The translations under genes and the position numbers were made by a program. From assembly GCA_048938445.1 (NCBI GenBank), contig JBHLME010000019.1, forward strand, positions 1 to 46,501: 46,501 nt of DNA. The letters are read 5' to 3'. The DNA comes from Promethearchaeota archaeon. GTDB lineage: Archaea; Asgardarchaeota; Lokiarchaeia; Sigyniarchaeales; SOKP01. This document shows, piece by piece, positions 18,850 to 28,334 of the stretch (position 1 is the first letter of the stretch; each line of letters opens with the position of its first letter). The notes beneath the pieces were generated by a model, which saw nothing but the letters and a program-made list of their open reading frames with translations, ran no database searches and was not told where the DNA came from.

Positions 18850-19989
18850 TTATTTAAATCCTCCATAAACAGCAAAGTTATAATATTTATATATGATGTC
18901 AATGTCTTTAAATCCAGTTCTTTCTAACCATTTCAGATGATTAAATAAAACTGCTGGTTTGTCTTCCTTATAATGCTGTTTCACAATATTTTCAATTCTT
19001 TCAATTGTATATTCTTTATTCAAGAACGCTTTCCAAACTTGGATGTACATTTTTTGAATTGTTTTATTAGCACCTAAGACATTATCAAAATTAAAAAAAA
19101 CACCATTTTCATTTAAATAATTATAAATTTTACGATAGAAATGAATTTTATCTTCATCGGTAATTAAATGATGGAGGGACAGAGATGATATGGCTACATC
19201 ATATTTTTCTTTAAAAATAAAAGAAGAAAATTCTTCTAATATGAAATTAATGTTATCATAATTTTGGAGTTTTTGTTTCGCCATTTCAATCATATTAGAA
19301 GACATATCAACACAGGTAATGCTCGAATTTGGAAATACGTCCTTTACTTTCTTTGAAAGATTTCCCGTTCCACATCCTAAATCTATAACTTTAAAAGTAT
19401 CATTTTTACTAAATGGTATCGAATTCACAACCGCATCCAACATTTCTTCATAAAAAGGGATTAGTTTTAGGATCTCATTGTCATATGTTAAAGAGAACTC
19501 TTCAAAACTTTCTTTAATATCTTTCATTATTTTTTTATGAAAAGATTTTTCCAAATAATAAAGAGTAACCTTCTCGTTGAGCCTTTCAGTTTTGAATATC
19601 TCATATCCAAGTTTCTGGTAGAGATATAAGTTTTTTTCACTTTTTTCTCCAGTAAATAATTCATACCTTTTGACATCTGTATAGTAAGATTCGATTGTAC
19701 TAATTAAATTAGATCCTATCCCTTGATTTTGATATTTTGGATGAACTATTAGTTTTCCAACATAACATGTATCATTTTCTTGATGGGCTCTCACTGAACC
19801 AATAATTTTATCTCCTATAATGGCTTTTAAAAATATTTTATGGGAAAAATCTTCAGAAATGTCTTCGATGGTTTGAATTAAAGGAGGAATGGTGAAATCA
19901 TTATAAATTTCAGCTTCACTCTGATATGCTAATTTTTGGAGATTTAATATCTCCTGAGAATCATTGATATTTGCTTTTAGTATTCTCAT
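18850..19989 (-). CDS. GNAT acetyltransferase fused to a class I SAM-dependent methyltransferase
   Basis: N-terminus VHPKYQNQGIGS...NLYLYQKLGY; C-terminus VIDLGCGTG, SSLSLHH; single open frame. Confidence 0.88.
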   Translation of the reverse strand: MRILKANINDSQEILNLQKLAYQSEAEIYNDFTIPPLIQTIEDISEDFSHKIFLKAIIGDKIIGSVRAHQENDTCYVGKLIVHPKYQNQGIGSNLISTIESYYTDVKRYELFTGEKSEKNLYLYQKLGYEIFKTERLNEKVTLYYLEKSFHKKIMKDIKESFEEFSLTYDNEILKLIPFYEEMLDAVVNSIPFSKNDTFKVIDLGCGTGNLSKKVKDVFPNSSITCVDMSSNMIEMAKQKLQNYDNINFILEEFSSFIFKEKYDVAISSLSLHHLITDEDKIHFYRKIYNYLNENGVFFNFDNVLGANKTIQKMYIQVWKAFLNKEYTIERIENIVKQHYKEDKPAVLFNHLKWLERTGFKDIDIIYKYYNFAVYGGFK

Positions 19990-20229
19990 AATATTTTCTT
20001 ATTTACTCTTATCAAGTGAATAATAGACATGTTCAATATATTGTTAAATAACAAGCAATTAATAAATTTTTTTCCTAAATTGATTAAATATAAAAACAAG
20101 AAAGATTATAATAGAGGATTTATGGAATGCAGTAAAATGATTAAACTGATTAAAAACCTGGTTTATTTAATTGAATTCCTTTTAATTAAAAACAAGATAC
20201 TATAAAAATTATCTAATTGTATCTTAATT

Positions 20230-21177
20230 ATGGATATTTTTTCTCATTTAGTATTTGGTGCACTCATGTACCTGCTTTTTTTCAGGAATGTTACTTATGA
20301 TTATTTTTTTCTAGCAATTTTTTTTGTAGTCTTGCTAGATTTTGATGTATTTTTAACACCTTTGAAAAGGAAATTTAAATCAAATTATCTTGATCATCGA
20401 GGAGGCTCGCATTCATATATAATTGGAATGATAATATCTCTTATAGTAAGTTTGATCTATTCTCCATTAACAAATAAACCTTTTTTTATTGTCTGGGTTA
20501 TTGGAACGTTATTTTATAGTATACATGTTTCACAAGACATTCTTACAACCACGAAAATTCCTTGTTTTTATCCACTTTCTAAAAAAGAGTATGGATTTTA
20601 TGTTGAAAAAGCTGGCAGTTTCTTCACATTGATTAATTCAATGATTTTTCTCACTTTATTAGCTATATTCTATTTAAATTCTGTAGATTTAATTTTTTAC
20701 GTGATACTCGTTGATTTTTATACCTATTTCTTTTTAATATATTATTTATATCGTATTATGACTAAAATATTAATAAGTTCCCGTTTAAGGAGTGATCAAA
20801 AATACTTTCCCGGAGTTCTACCTTTTATTTACCTTGTTTTAGATCACAAGATTGAAAATAATCATATTTCATTTCGATTAGTTAAAAAATCTCATTTCTC
20901 TAAATCTAAGGAAATTTTGAGTACTGATACTTTCTTAAATCCTGAGGAAATGATATTTTTTAAAAAAGCATTGGAAAAGTGCAATAATATTTATTATTAT
21001 GCAAAATGGACAATATTTCCGAAATTTATTCGCAATAAAGGTGCTTTTTCAGTGAGATTCTACTTTTTAGAGATAATGATGAATAAAAATTCAATGTATA
21101 TTCAATTTAATTTTGATATTCTCACTCAACATGTAATATCTATTAACCAAAAACGTGGAAGTTTTCAATCTGTATAA
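20230..21177 (+). CDS. Membrane-bound metal-dependent hydrolase (YdjM-like)
   Basis: MDxxSH, LDFD, HRGGSHS, HVSQD motifs with TM helices. Confidence 0.88.
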   Translation: MDIFSHLVFGALMYLLFFRNVTYDYFFLAIFFVVLLDFDVFLTPLKRKFKSNYLDHRGGSHSYIIGMIISLIVSLIYSPLTNKPFFIVWVIGTLFYSIHVSQDILTTTKIPCFYPLSKKEYGFYVEKAGSFFTLINSMIFLTLLAIFYLNSVDLIFYVILVDFYTYFFLIYYLYRIMTKILISSRLRSDQKYFPGVLPFIYLVLDHKIENNHISFRLVKKSHFSKSKEILSTDTFLNPEEMIFFKKALEKCNNIYYYAKWTIFPKFIRNKGAFSVRFYFLEIMMNKNSMYIQFNFDILTQHVISINQKRGSFQSV

Positions 21178-21319
21178 TATCATAAATATCTCAGATATTT
21201 TTTTATAAAAATCCACCTTATTATTATTAAGCTCCCTTTTTCAAATACAATTTAATGAAATTAACAAACATTAATTTCTTATAAAAAAGAATTTATAATG
21301 TGTTTACAATAAATCATTT

Positions 21320-21949
21320 ATGTCTTCAATTGATATAAAAACAATTATCTTTGATTTAGGGGGTGTATATTTCACAAGAGGAACTGTTTTAGCTATAGAA
21401 AAGATTAAAGATATTTATGATATTAAAAAGGTAGAATTACTTCATAATATTTTTAAAGAAACACCAAATTCAGAGAGTTATCTCTTAAGAAGAGGTTAAA
21501 TGAATATTGATCAATTTGAAGAGAAATTATTCTCAAAATTACAAATTAATGCAAAAGAGAAAAAACACATAAGGCATATATGGTTCGGATCCTATTGTGT
21601 TCATTATGGCATGGAAGATTTAGTAAAAAAATTAAAAGAAAAATATAGATTAATTATATTTAGTGGTAATATAAAAGAGCGTATTGAATATCTTGAAGAA
21701 AAATGTAGATTTTTAAAATATTTTGATGATGTCGTATTTAGCTTTGATTATCAAAAAAATAAAGGTGATCTCGAGTTTTATGAGGAATTGATTAAACATT
21801 TAGAATGCGAACCTAATGAGGCTATTTTAATTGATAATGAAAAGAAAAATATCAAAATTGCACGTTCTTTAGATTTTAATGGAATCCATTATTACTATAC
21901 TGAAAAATTAATAGAGGATTTAAAAAAATTTAATGTAAATATAACCTAA
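21320..21949 (+). pseudogene. HAD-family phosphatase interrupted by an in-frame TAA (21497-21499)
   Basis: ATG 21320 gives MSSIDIKTIIFDLGGV (HAD motif I) ...YLLRRG* then MNIDQFEE... in the same frame; motifs II-IV (FSGN, K, LIDN) lie downstream. Confidence 0.8.
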
Positions 21950-22047
21950 TAATCCTTTCCTTTTTAGATAAATTATTTAAAATATATATGTAAAAATTTA
22001 GATTAATTGTTAAATTAATTTAAGAAAATAATCTTGATGAATAGTAA

Positions 22048-23880
22048 ATGAAATATCAAATCAATTATAATAATAATAATTCCCAACAAATTCAACAAGC
22101 TCTTAAGGTTTTAGCGAGCTGGATAGGAGAACCTGATTTAGATTCGACAAATAGTTTCAATTACTTTACCCTAGAAAACAATCAAGAAGAAATCAAAAAG
22201 TTGAATTTAGAAGAAACGAATAAACTTAAAAAAATCGATGATTTTTTGATATTAAGTCTTGATGATAATAATAAGAATGAAATAACCTTTATTTCTATGG
22301 GGGATCGGGGACTAGCGAATTCTATTTACTATTTGTATATGAAATTAAAGGAACGACAGATACATGATCCATTTTCTATTAATTGGAATGTTTTTGAAAC
22401 GCCTTATTTTGAAACGCGTGGCATTTGCCTATTTAATTTACCATTTGGCTTGGAAGGTCTATGCACCGACACGTGGACTCTTTCAGCGTGGAAAGTATAT
22501 TTGAATAGGCTTCGCTCATTTAACTATACCTCGGTAATATTTGGATTGCATGGCGGAATGTTATATCATCCAGATTATGAAGAATTGATAAAAAATTCGT
22601 GGAGATATGAAATATATGAAGAGGTTTTCAAATATGCTGAGGAGATTGGCCTTGAAATCATCATAATGCATGTCTTGAATGTACTTCCTGTTGAGCTTTG
22701 GATTAAGCATCCGGAAATAAGAGGAACAATAGAAATTGAACAAGGAATTACTTATTGTACTCAAAAAGGAAAGGAATTTGGAGAGAATCTCATTAAATAT
22801 ACTCTTGAGAGATTTAAAAACGTTCCAGGTGCCGCTTTATTCGCATTCGAGGGAGGTGGTTGTAATTGCGATTACGATAGAAATAATATGGTTGATATTG
22901 TCGATAATTTTTTAAAATTTATTAGAAAACATGCAAATCCTAAAAAACTCTATTTTTGCACCTGGTTTGCTTACGTGAAAGAGAATTTTTATTCTCCATC
23001 CATCAAGGGACTTCGGAAGAATTTATTTGCACAGATTTCTAAAGACATAAAAATTTTTGATGTTAGCAGGAAAACCTTAAAGATGGCAAAAAATCAGGAT
23101 TTTGAAATATTAGATTTTTTGTTTTTCATGGATCCCGAAGATGGCTGTGAAAATTCTTTAATTTTCCCCCGACCTCTCATCAAAATGACGAAGGACAGAA
23201 TTTTTGATTCAATTCAAGATCTTTCCCCAAATTTGAAAGGAATTTTTGGATATAGGGTAATACCCAAGACAAGATTCATCAATGATTACATTTTTGGGAG
23301 GTATCTATGGGATCCAGAAATAGAATTAAAAAATCTCATTAGCGAAACAGCAGGATTGCTTTCATGCTCAAATGAAGAAAAAGAAGGAATAATGTATGTA
23401 ATTCAGCAAATAGAAGATTTTTGGAAAACATTGGATGGGGATAAAATAAAAGAAAGTAACAAAATTCTAAAATCGATAATTCAAGACCAAAAGGAACCAT
23501 TAGAACCATTAAAAAGTATTCAAGAAGCACTTGCCATATTAGACTTACTTCTTCAATACTATTCGACCGACTCTGAAAGAAAGAAAGGGACAATTTTTCA
23601 AAAAATATACAAGAATATGAGGATTATGGACACTTTCCAATGTTATACATCATATAAAGTATGGGATATCGTATCGCGTGAGGTGATAAAACAGCGCATT
23701 AAGTGGTGGACAGATCATAGTAGAGGTCTTTTTGATCCTCAAGCTTTTCCTTGGAATTGCATTTGGGCAGGGAAATATCATTTGTTTGAGAATAAAAAGG
23801 ACGTGCTTCCCTGGTTTGAAATGAAGGACTTGGTAAAGATTGGTGTTCAAAGGATTACTTCTAAATTAAAGCGTAAATGA
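22048..23880 (+). CDS. Putative glycoside hydrolase-like protein (GH20/GH67-type N-terminal domain plus TIM barrel)
   Basis: ITFISMGDRGLANSIYYL and TPYFETRG resemble the hexosaminidase-like domain junction; WKVYLNRLRSFNY and AEEIGLEI resemble barrel repeats. Family not assignable by eye. Confidence 0.55.
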   Translation: MKYQINYNNNNSQQIQQALKVLASWIGEPDLDSTNSFNYFTLENNQEEIKKLNLEETNKLKKIDDFLILSLDDNNKNEITFISMGDRGLANSIYYLYMKLKERQIHDPFSINWNVFETPYFETRGICLFNLPFGLEGLCTDTWTLSAWKVYLNRLRSFNYTSVIFGLHGGMLYHPDYEELIKNSWRYEIYEEVFKYAEEIGLEIIIMHVLNVLPVELWIKHPEIRGTIEIEQGITYCTQKGKEFGENLIKYTLERFKNVPGAALFAFEGGGCNCDYDRNNMVDIVDNFLKFIRKHANPKKLYFCTWFAYVKENFYSPSIKGLRKNLFAQISKDIKIFDVSRKTLKMAKNQDFEILDFLFFMDPEDGCENSLIFPRPLIKMTKDRIFDSIQDLSPNLKGIFGYRVIPKTRFINDYIFGRYLWDPEIELKNLISETAGLLSCSNEEKEGIMYVIQQIEDFWKTLDGDKIKESNKILKSIIQDQKEPLEPLKSIQEALAILDLLLQYYSTDSERKKGTIFQKIYKNMRIMDTFQCYTSYKVWDIVSREVIKQRIKWWTDHSRGLFDPQAFPWNCIWAGKYHLFENKKDVLPWFEMKDLVKIGVQRITSKLKRK

Positions 23881-25110
23881 GTTATATATTTTCAAAAATT
23901 TCTCAAAAAGAACGTCTTGACTAAAAATCTTTCTCACTTTTTCTGAAAAACTTTCTATACGCACATCATTATTAATGTAAGAAAGCTGGAGTTTTAATTT
24001 TTGTTTAATTCCATTTATAAAATTAGGAAGTTCTTCTTTTAATGGTTTGTCGATTGATTCCATCTTAGGTCTATCGATATATTGAACGACATCATTCTCA
24101 CCACAGCATCGTGTTATTGTCTCTTGAATACCTGGTAAATCTGTTATTATTGCACGACATCCAGAAGCTAATGATTCAAGTAAGACTTTTGGAATACTAT
24201 CATAAAAACTAGGTAGGATGAATATATCACTTTTTCTAAGGTATTCCGCAAGGTCCTCTTGATTTACTTGACCTAGAAAGCATATTTTATCTTCAAGACT
24301 AGATGCCATTTTTACAATTTCATCTTTTTCATCACCTATCCCAGAACCAGCAAGGTACAATCTAAGATCAAGATCAATCTCTTTGAGAACTTCCTTATAT
24401 GCTTGAATCAACTGTGGAACACCTTTCGAATTGTTAAGTTTACCAACATATATGATTGAATACGATTTCTTCTCAGGTTTTTGTTTTAGGGGATGAAATA
24501 GATCAGTATTGATTCCTTGTCCAATGATATGAAAGTTATCAAATTTTTCAAAATTATAGCTCTTGATAATGCCTTGTTTCTGTTCTTCACTTTGAACTGC
24601 AATTATATCAATATCCTTAATTGGATTAATGACAAACTTTTTTAAATGTTCAGCTAAAACAATTTGTCGAAGTCCAGTGTTATGACAGCTAGTTACCATT
24701 GGGATTTTTGGAAATAATGCTCTACAAAGGGCAGAAACGAGCCACAGGTGATGGGAATGTATTATATTAGGTTGGAATTGCTCGATAGCAATTTTTAATT
24801 TCTCTGCAAATGCATGCAAATAAGATTCTAACATTTCTAGTGTAAAATCTGAAAATTTTGAAGAGAAGTAAGGCATCTGATCGGACATGCCCGCAACTGG
24901 GAAATTAACATCACACTTAATTGAACTATCATCACTTTGAAATTTTACCCAATTCACATATTTTTCATCTATAATGACCTTCAAGGGATATCCATTGTCT
25001 ACAGGTTGACCAAAAATAAGAAATTGTTCAATTCTTTTTTCTGCTGTATTATTAGTTAAATTTATAAGATTGATTCCAGAACCTGTGAAATAAGGCCTTT
25101 GACATATCAC
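23866..25110 (-). CDS. Glycosyltransferase family 4 (GT-B); true start probably upstream of 25110
   Basis: IHSHHLW, YVGKLNNSKG, ILPSFYDSIPKVLLESLASG; the frame stays open upstream (...PLKILRVICQRP) to a TAA at 25201-25203. Confidence 0.9.
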   Translation of the reverse strand: MICQRPYFTGSGINLINLTNNTAEKRIEQFLIFGQPVDNGYPLKVIIDEKYVNWVKFQSDDSSIKCDVNFPVAGMSDQMPYFSSKFSDFTLEMLESYLHAFAEKLKIAIEQFQPNIIHSHHLWLVSALCRALFPKIPMVTSCHNTGLRQIVLAEHLKKFVINPIKDIDIIAVQSEEQKQGIIKSYNFEKFDNFHIIGQGINTDLFHPLKQKPEKKSYSIIYVGKLNNSKGVPQLIQAYKEVLKEIDLDLRLYLAGSGIGDEKDEIVKMASSLEDKICFLGQVNQEDLAEYLRKSDIFILPSFYDSIPKVLLESLASGCRAIITDLPGIQETITRCCGENDVVQYIDRPKMESIDKPLKEELPNFINGIKQKLKLQLSYINNDVRIESFSEKVRKIFSQDVLFEKFLKIYNSFTL

Positions 25111-25345
25111 TCGTAATATTTTAAGCGGTGCTTGAGCTTTCCTTTTAATGTCGGGATTTTTATAATTGAATAATAAATCAGAGTAATATCCTAAATCCAG
25201 TTATAACACCATTCATTGCTATTTATAATGAGTCCTTAATATGAAATATATAGAATGCTCGGATTAAAAGTTTAAATGTATAATAAATATCATTTAATTG
25301 ATTTAAAAGATTTAAAAAAAAGGAGATAATAGAACGTAGGCAACA

Positions 25346-26110
25346 TTATTTAACTAAAGCAATCTGAATTTTTTCCTTCAAAGTATGTTGATATAACACT
25401 CTTTCTCCATTACATATTACACAGTAAGAGCCAAATGGGTAAATACCATTTTCTTGAGCCTCCTTACAACTCTCGAGCTTTATAAAATTTGCTTTATCAC
25501 CATGAGGCATTTTCTTTACTTCATCTACCAAGTCTACCACGTAAGGACATTGATCAGAATAAAAAAAAGTCACTCCTGACTCATATTCTTTTAATTTTTC
25601 CTTGGAAATTGGATAAAACTTGGGTTTAGGAACCTCATCTAAAAATGCTTTAACATATAATCCAAAATGAGGTTCCATCTCATCCACTTGTTCAAATCCT
25701 AATTTTTCATATAAATTCTTTTTTGGAAGCCATCCTCCCTTTTCAGCGGTCATTCCAACAACACCATGCATTCCCGCTTCTTTTGCATCTTTAATAGCAA
25801 AATCTATGAGTTGAGAACCATATCCTTTCTTTTTATGCTTACCTACAACCCATAAACAATGGATTACCATCCATCCATCAGCTTTAATTCCACGCCAATT
25901 ATATTCTCCTGGAATATATTCAATCATGCCCCTCGAAGTTTCTTTATTACCTTCTTTAACCAATAATAACTTGTATTTCAATCCTTCTTTAAATCGCTCT
26001 TTTATCCATTTTACTTTATTTTGATAACCAGGTAATTTTTTTTTAGTTTTTTTACAAAATAATTCTTGTTCATCAATATTCTTATTATTTATATCGATTA
26101 TTTTTCCCAT
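25346..26110 (-). CDS. GNAT acetyltransferase with YoaP-like C-terminal domain
   Basis: GMIEYIPGE, HCLWV, KKGYGS, YSDQCPY. Confidence 0.88.
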   Translation of the reverse strand: MGKIIDINNKNIDEQELFCKKTKKKLPGYQNKVKWIKERFKEGLKYKLLLVKEGNKETSRGMIEYIPGEYNWRGIKADGWMVIHCLWVVGKHKKKGYGSQLIDFAIKDAKEAGMHGVVGMTAEKGGWLPKKNLYEKLGFEQVDEMEPHFGLYVKAFLDEVPKPKFYPISKEKLKEYESGVTFFYSDQCPYVVDLVDEVKKMPHGDKANFIKLESCKEAQENGIYPFGSYCVICNGERVLYQHTLKEKIQIALVK

Positions 26111-26184
26111 TTTTCTGACCTTTTCTTATTAAATTATAATAAAAAAATAAGTTTTAGTTATATTATTATATGATTAACCTCCCT

Positions 26185-26700
26185 TTATTCTGCATATTCC
26201 TCGAAAAAACCTTGCTCTTCCCACCATTCAATACCATCTTCGAGACATTCTGGCCATCCTTCTAACCAAGGTGCAATATGGGCATCTCTTACCCTGTCGC
26301 ACATTGGAAAGTATGCTTTTAAGTCAATCACTGGTGTACCATCAAACGCATCTATACCAGCTAATTTAATAACTCCATTTTTAACATCCACATTTTGAAT
26401 GGCCGATGTAGTCAACAGGATAGGATTTGGACGATACTCTGCCCGTGTGGCAAAGATGCCTGTTTTAGGAGCATTTTCAGCATAAGGGACTTCTACAGCC
26501 CAATCTTTAGCATTTCGATACTCTTCCAAATCCATTTTATGTCCCCAAAAAAGTACTATTATATGAGACCACTTATCAAGTTCTTTCAAGGCCGAGCGGT
26601 AAGGTTTGTAAATATCGATGAAAAAATCTGCAGTTTTGGGATCATCACCTTCAACTCGTATTTGACCTATTGGTTTTAACTTAAATTCTTCCTCTGGCAT
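26185..26700 (-). CDS. TrmO/TsaA-like SAM-binding beta-barrel methyltransferase, copy 1
   Basis: LKPIG, SHIIVLFW, GIFATRAEYRPNPI, IDAFDGTPVIDLKAY; ATG 26700 preferred. Confidence 0.9.
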   Translation of the reverse strand: MPEEEFKLKPIGQIRVEGDDPKTADFFIDIYKPYRSALKELDKWSHIIVLFWGHKMDLEEYRNAKDWAVEVPYAENAPKTGIFATRAEYRPNPILLTTSAIQNVDVKNGVIKLAGIDAFDGTPVIDLKAYFPMCDRVRDAHIAPWLEGWPECLEDGIEWWEEQGFFEEYAE

Positions 26701-26776
26701 TTTAGAAACCTTTTTCAGTTGGTGAAACACAAAATGATTTTTTAATATTTAAATTCATCGATCAACGGAATCCATC

Positions 26777-26794
26777 TTCCGTACTTCTACGGAA
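26777..26794. promoter_or_regulatory. Perfect palindromic operator between divergent trmO-like and gyrI-like/ArsR genes
   Basis: TTCCGTA-CTTC-TACGGAA, immediately upstream of TATA-like TTTAAATA; an extra ACGGAA half-site lies at 26765-26770. Confidence 0.65.
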
Positions 26795-26845
26795 TATTTA
26801 AATACTTAAAATCTTAATATTAAATTAAATAAGAATAAAATAATT

Positions 26846-27376
26846 TTGATAAGGATGATCGAACCAGAGTTGGTTGAAAATAGGATTTTCAAACTCTTAG
26901 GCTGTGTATTTTATGGAGATCCCTTTCACTCCAAACCTGGTTGGACTAAAGGAAATGAAATTTGGCTTTTATGGGAGAGATTTGGAAATTTATCAAGAAA
27001 ATATTCTGCATTACTTAGTAAAGTTGCTAAAGATTTAGATACTGGTTATGAAATTCACATAGAACCTGAAGAGTATAAAACTACTAAGAATTATTATGTT
27101 TTTGTAGGGTTTGAAATAGAAGAATTTCTTGAAATTCCTCTTGAAATGTATTTTAAGTCCTTTCCTAAAATTAATTATGTTAAATTTTCTACTAAAATGA
27201 AAAGCAAGGAAAACTTAGGGGGATACATCTATAGAGAGTGGATGCCTAAAAATAATTTTAAGCAAGCTTTTCCATACGTGATTGAATCCTATAATTCAAA
27301 AAGATTTAAATCAGTTGACGATCCAGAATCAGAAATTGATTGGTATATTCCTATAAAAAAATTGAATAAAAAATGA
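26846..27376 (+). CDS. GyrI-like small-molecule-binding domain protein
   Basis: EIWLLWERF, YYVFVGFEI, YIYREWMP, ESEIDWYIPI. Confidence 0.88.
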   Translation: MIRMIEPELVENRIFKLLGCVFYGDPFHSKPGWTKGNEIWLLWERFGNLSRKYSALLSKVAKDLDTGYEIHIEPEEYKTTKNYYVFVGFEIEEFLEIPLEMYFKSFPKINYVKFSTKMKSKENLGGYIYREWMPKNNFKQAFPYVIESYNSKRFKSVDDPESEIDWYIPIKKLNKK

Positions 27377-27383
27377 GTTAAAA

Positions 27384-27776
27384 ATGTCAGAAGAAAAATC
27401 CTTAATTCGGATCATAACAACCTATATTGAATATTTTGATATAATTTTAGATATATTCAAAGCAATGGCAAATGATAAACGACTTTTAGTGTTATTAGCT
27501 GTTCTTGATCTTGATAAGACTTTTAATGAATTAAAGCGAGAAACTAAACTTCAAAAGTCTGCATTATCAAATCATTTAGTCAAAATGGTAAATATGTCAT
27601 TAATCGAAAATCCAGAACATGGAAAATATAGGATAACAAAAGATGGAAGAAATTTTATTATTGCTATGGAAAATGTGTTTAATTCGTCAGATATTAAAAA
27701 GAATAAAGAGATAGAAAAAACTCAAGAAGGGCAATTCTCGGATTCATTTGTTAATTATATTTTTGGTAATAATTAG
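27384..27776 (+). CDS. ArsR-family winged-helix transcriptional regulator
   Basis: FKAMANDKRLLVL...TFNELK...SALSNHL...YRITKDG. Confidence 0.88.
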   Translation: MSEEKSLIRIITTYIEYFDIILDIFKAMANDKRLLVLLAVLDLDKTFNELKRETKLQKSALSNHLVKMVNMSLIENPEHGKYRITKDGRNFIIAMENVFNSSDIKKNKEIEKTQEGQFSDSFVNYIFGNN

Positions 27777-28141
27777 GTTATTTCAATAAAATTCTCTGAA
27801 TATATCCATCGACAAAAATTTATTAATGACCAGTTAACAATTGCATTTAAATATAAAACAAGACATCTATTCAATGTTCAAGCTTAACGGTGAGAACGCT
27901 TGAGAAGTGGTAAATATCATCAATAGTCAATAATAACTTGTCTACTCTCGAGTAAGAAAAGTTAGTATCGAATTATTTATCGTAAGATAAGTAATCAAAG
28001 AATGGGTTTATGGATCTGTTCTAATATTGATATATTCTATATGCAAATATGGAAATGTTTTACAAATGCAGTGAAAACCCTCGGGAATTCAGCTGCAGCT
28101 TCTCAAACCCTTTTCTTCTAAAATTCTTAAATTACTTCTAT

Positions 28142-28309
28142 TTAAATATTAAATGATACTGGAATCTCTGGTTTATCAAATATTCCAATAGTAATGATTT
28201 CTTCTGGTTTTACAATAATCTTTGTGGATTGATCCAATCCTTTTTCTGTTAATCTCTTTAGAATTTTTTTTGGAATAAAACCATAATAGGATAAGAAATC
28301 ATCGAATTT
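28142..28309 (-). pseudogene. Orphan C-terminal gene fragment (55 codons)
   Basis: KFDDFLSYYGFIPKKILKRLTEKGLDQSTKIIVKPEEIITIGIFDKPEIPVSFNI*, preceded by an in-frame TAG and lacking a start; protein-like composition. Confidence 0.35.
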
Positions 28310-28334
28310 CTACGGAGTCAATGGTTATATGAAA

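Noticed and set aside
21480-21496. Hairpin AUCUCUU-AAG-AAGAGGU beside the HAD stop as a second BHB intron
   Set aside because: No 4-bp central helix can form, and the encoded residues (YLLRRG) fit the normal HAD cap sequence, so nothing looks inserted.
22061-22081. AAT triplet run (INYNNNNS)
   Set aside because: A short low-complexity tract, expected in AT-rich DNA.
25167-25215. Possible intron removing the TAA upstream of the GT4
   Set aside because: A G-U-rich 9-bp helix can be drawn, but I could not find helix-bulge geometry inside it.
27950-28120. IS605/TnpB remnant
   Set aside because: No intact zinc-finger or DRDxNA motif in the frames I read, and no recognisable terminal hairpin.
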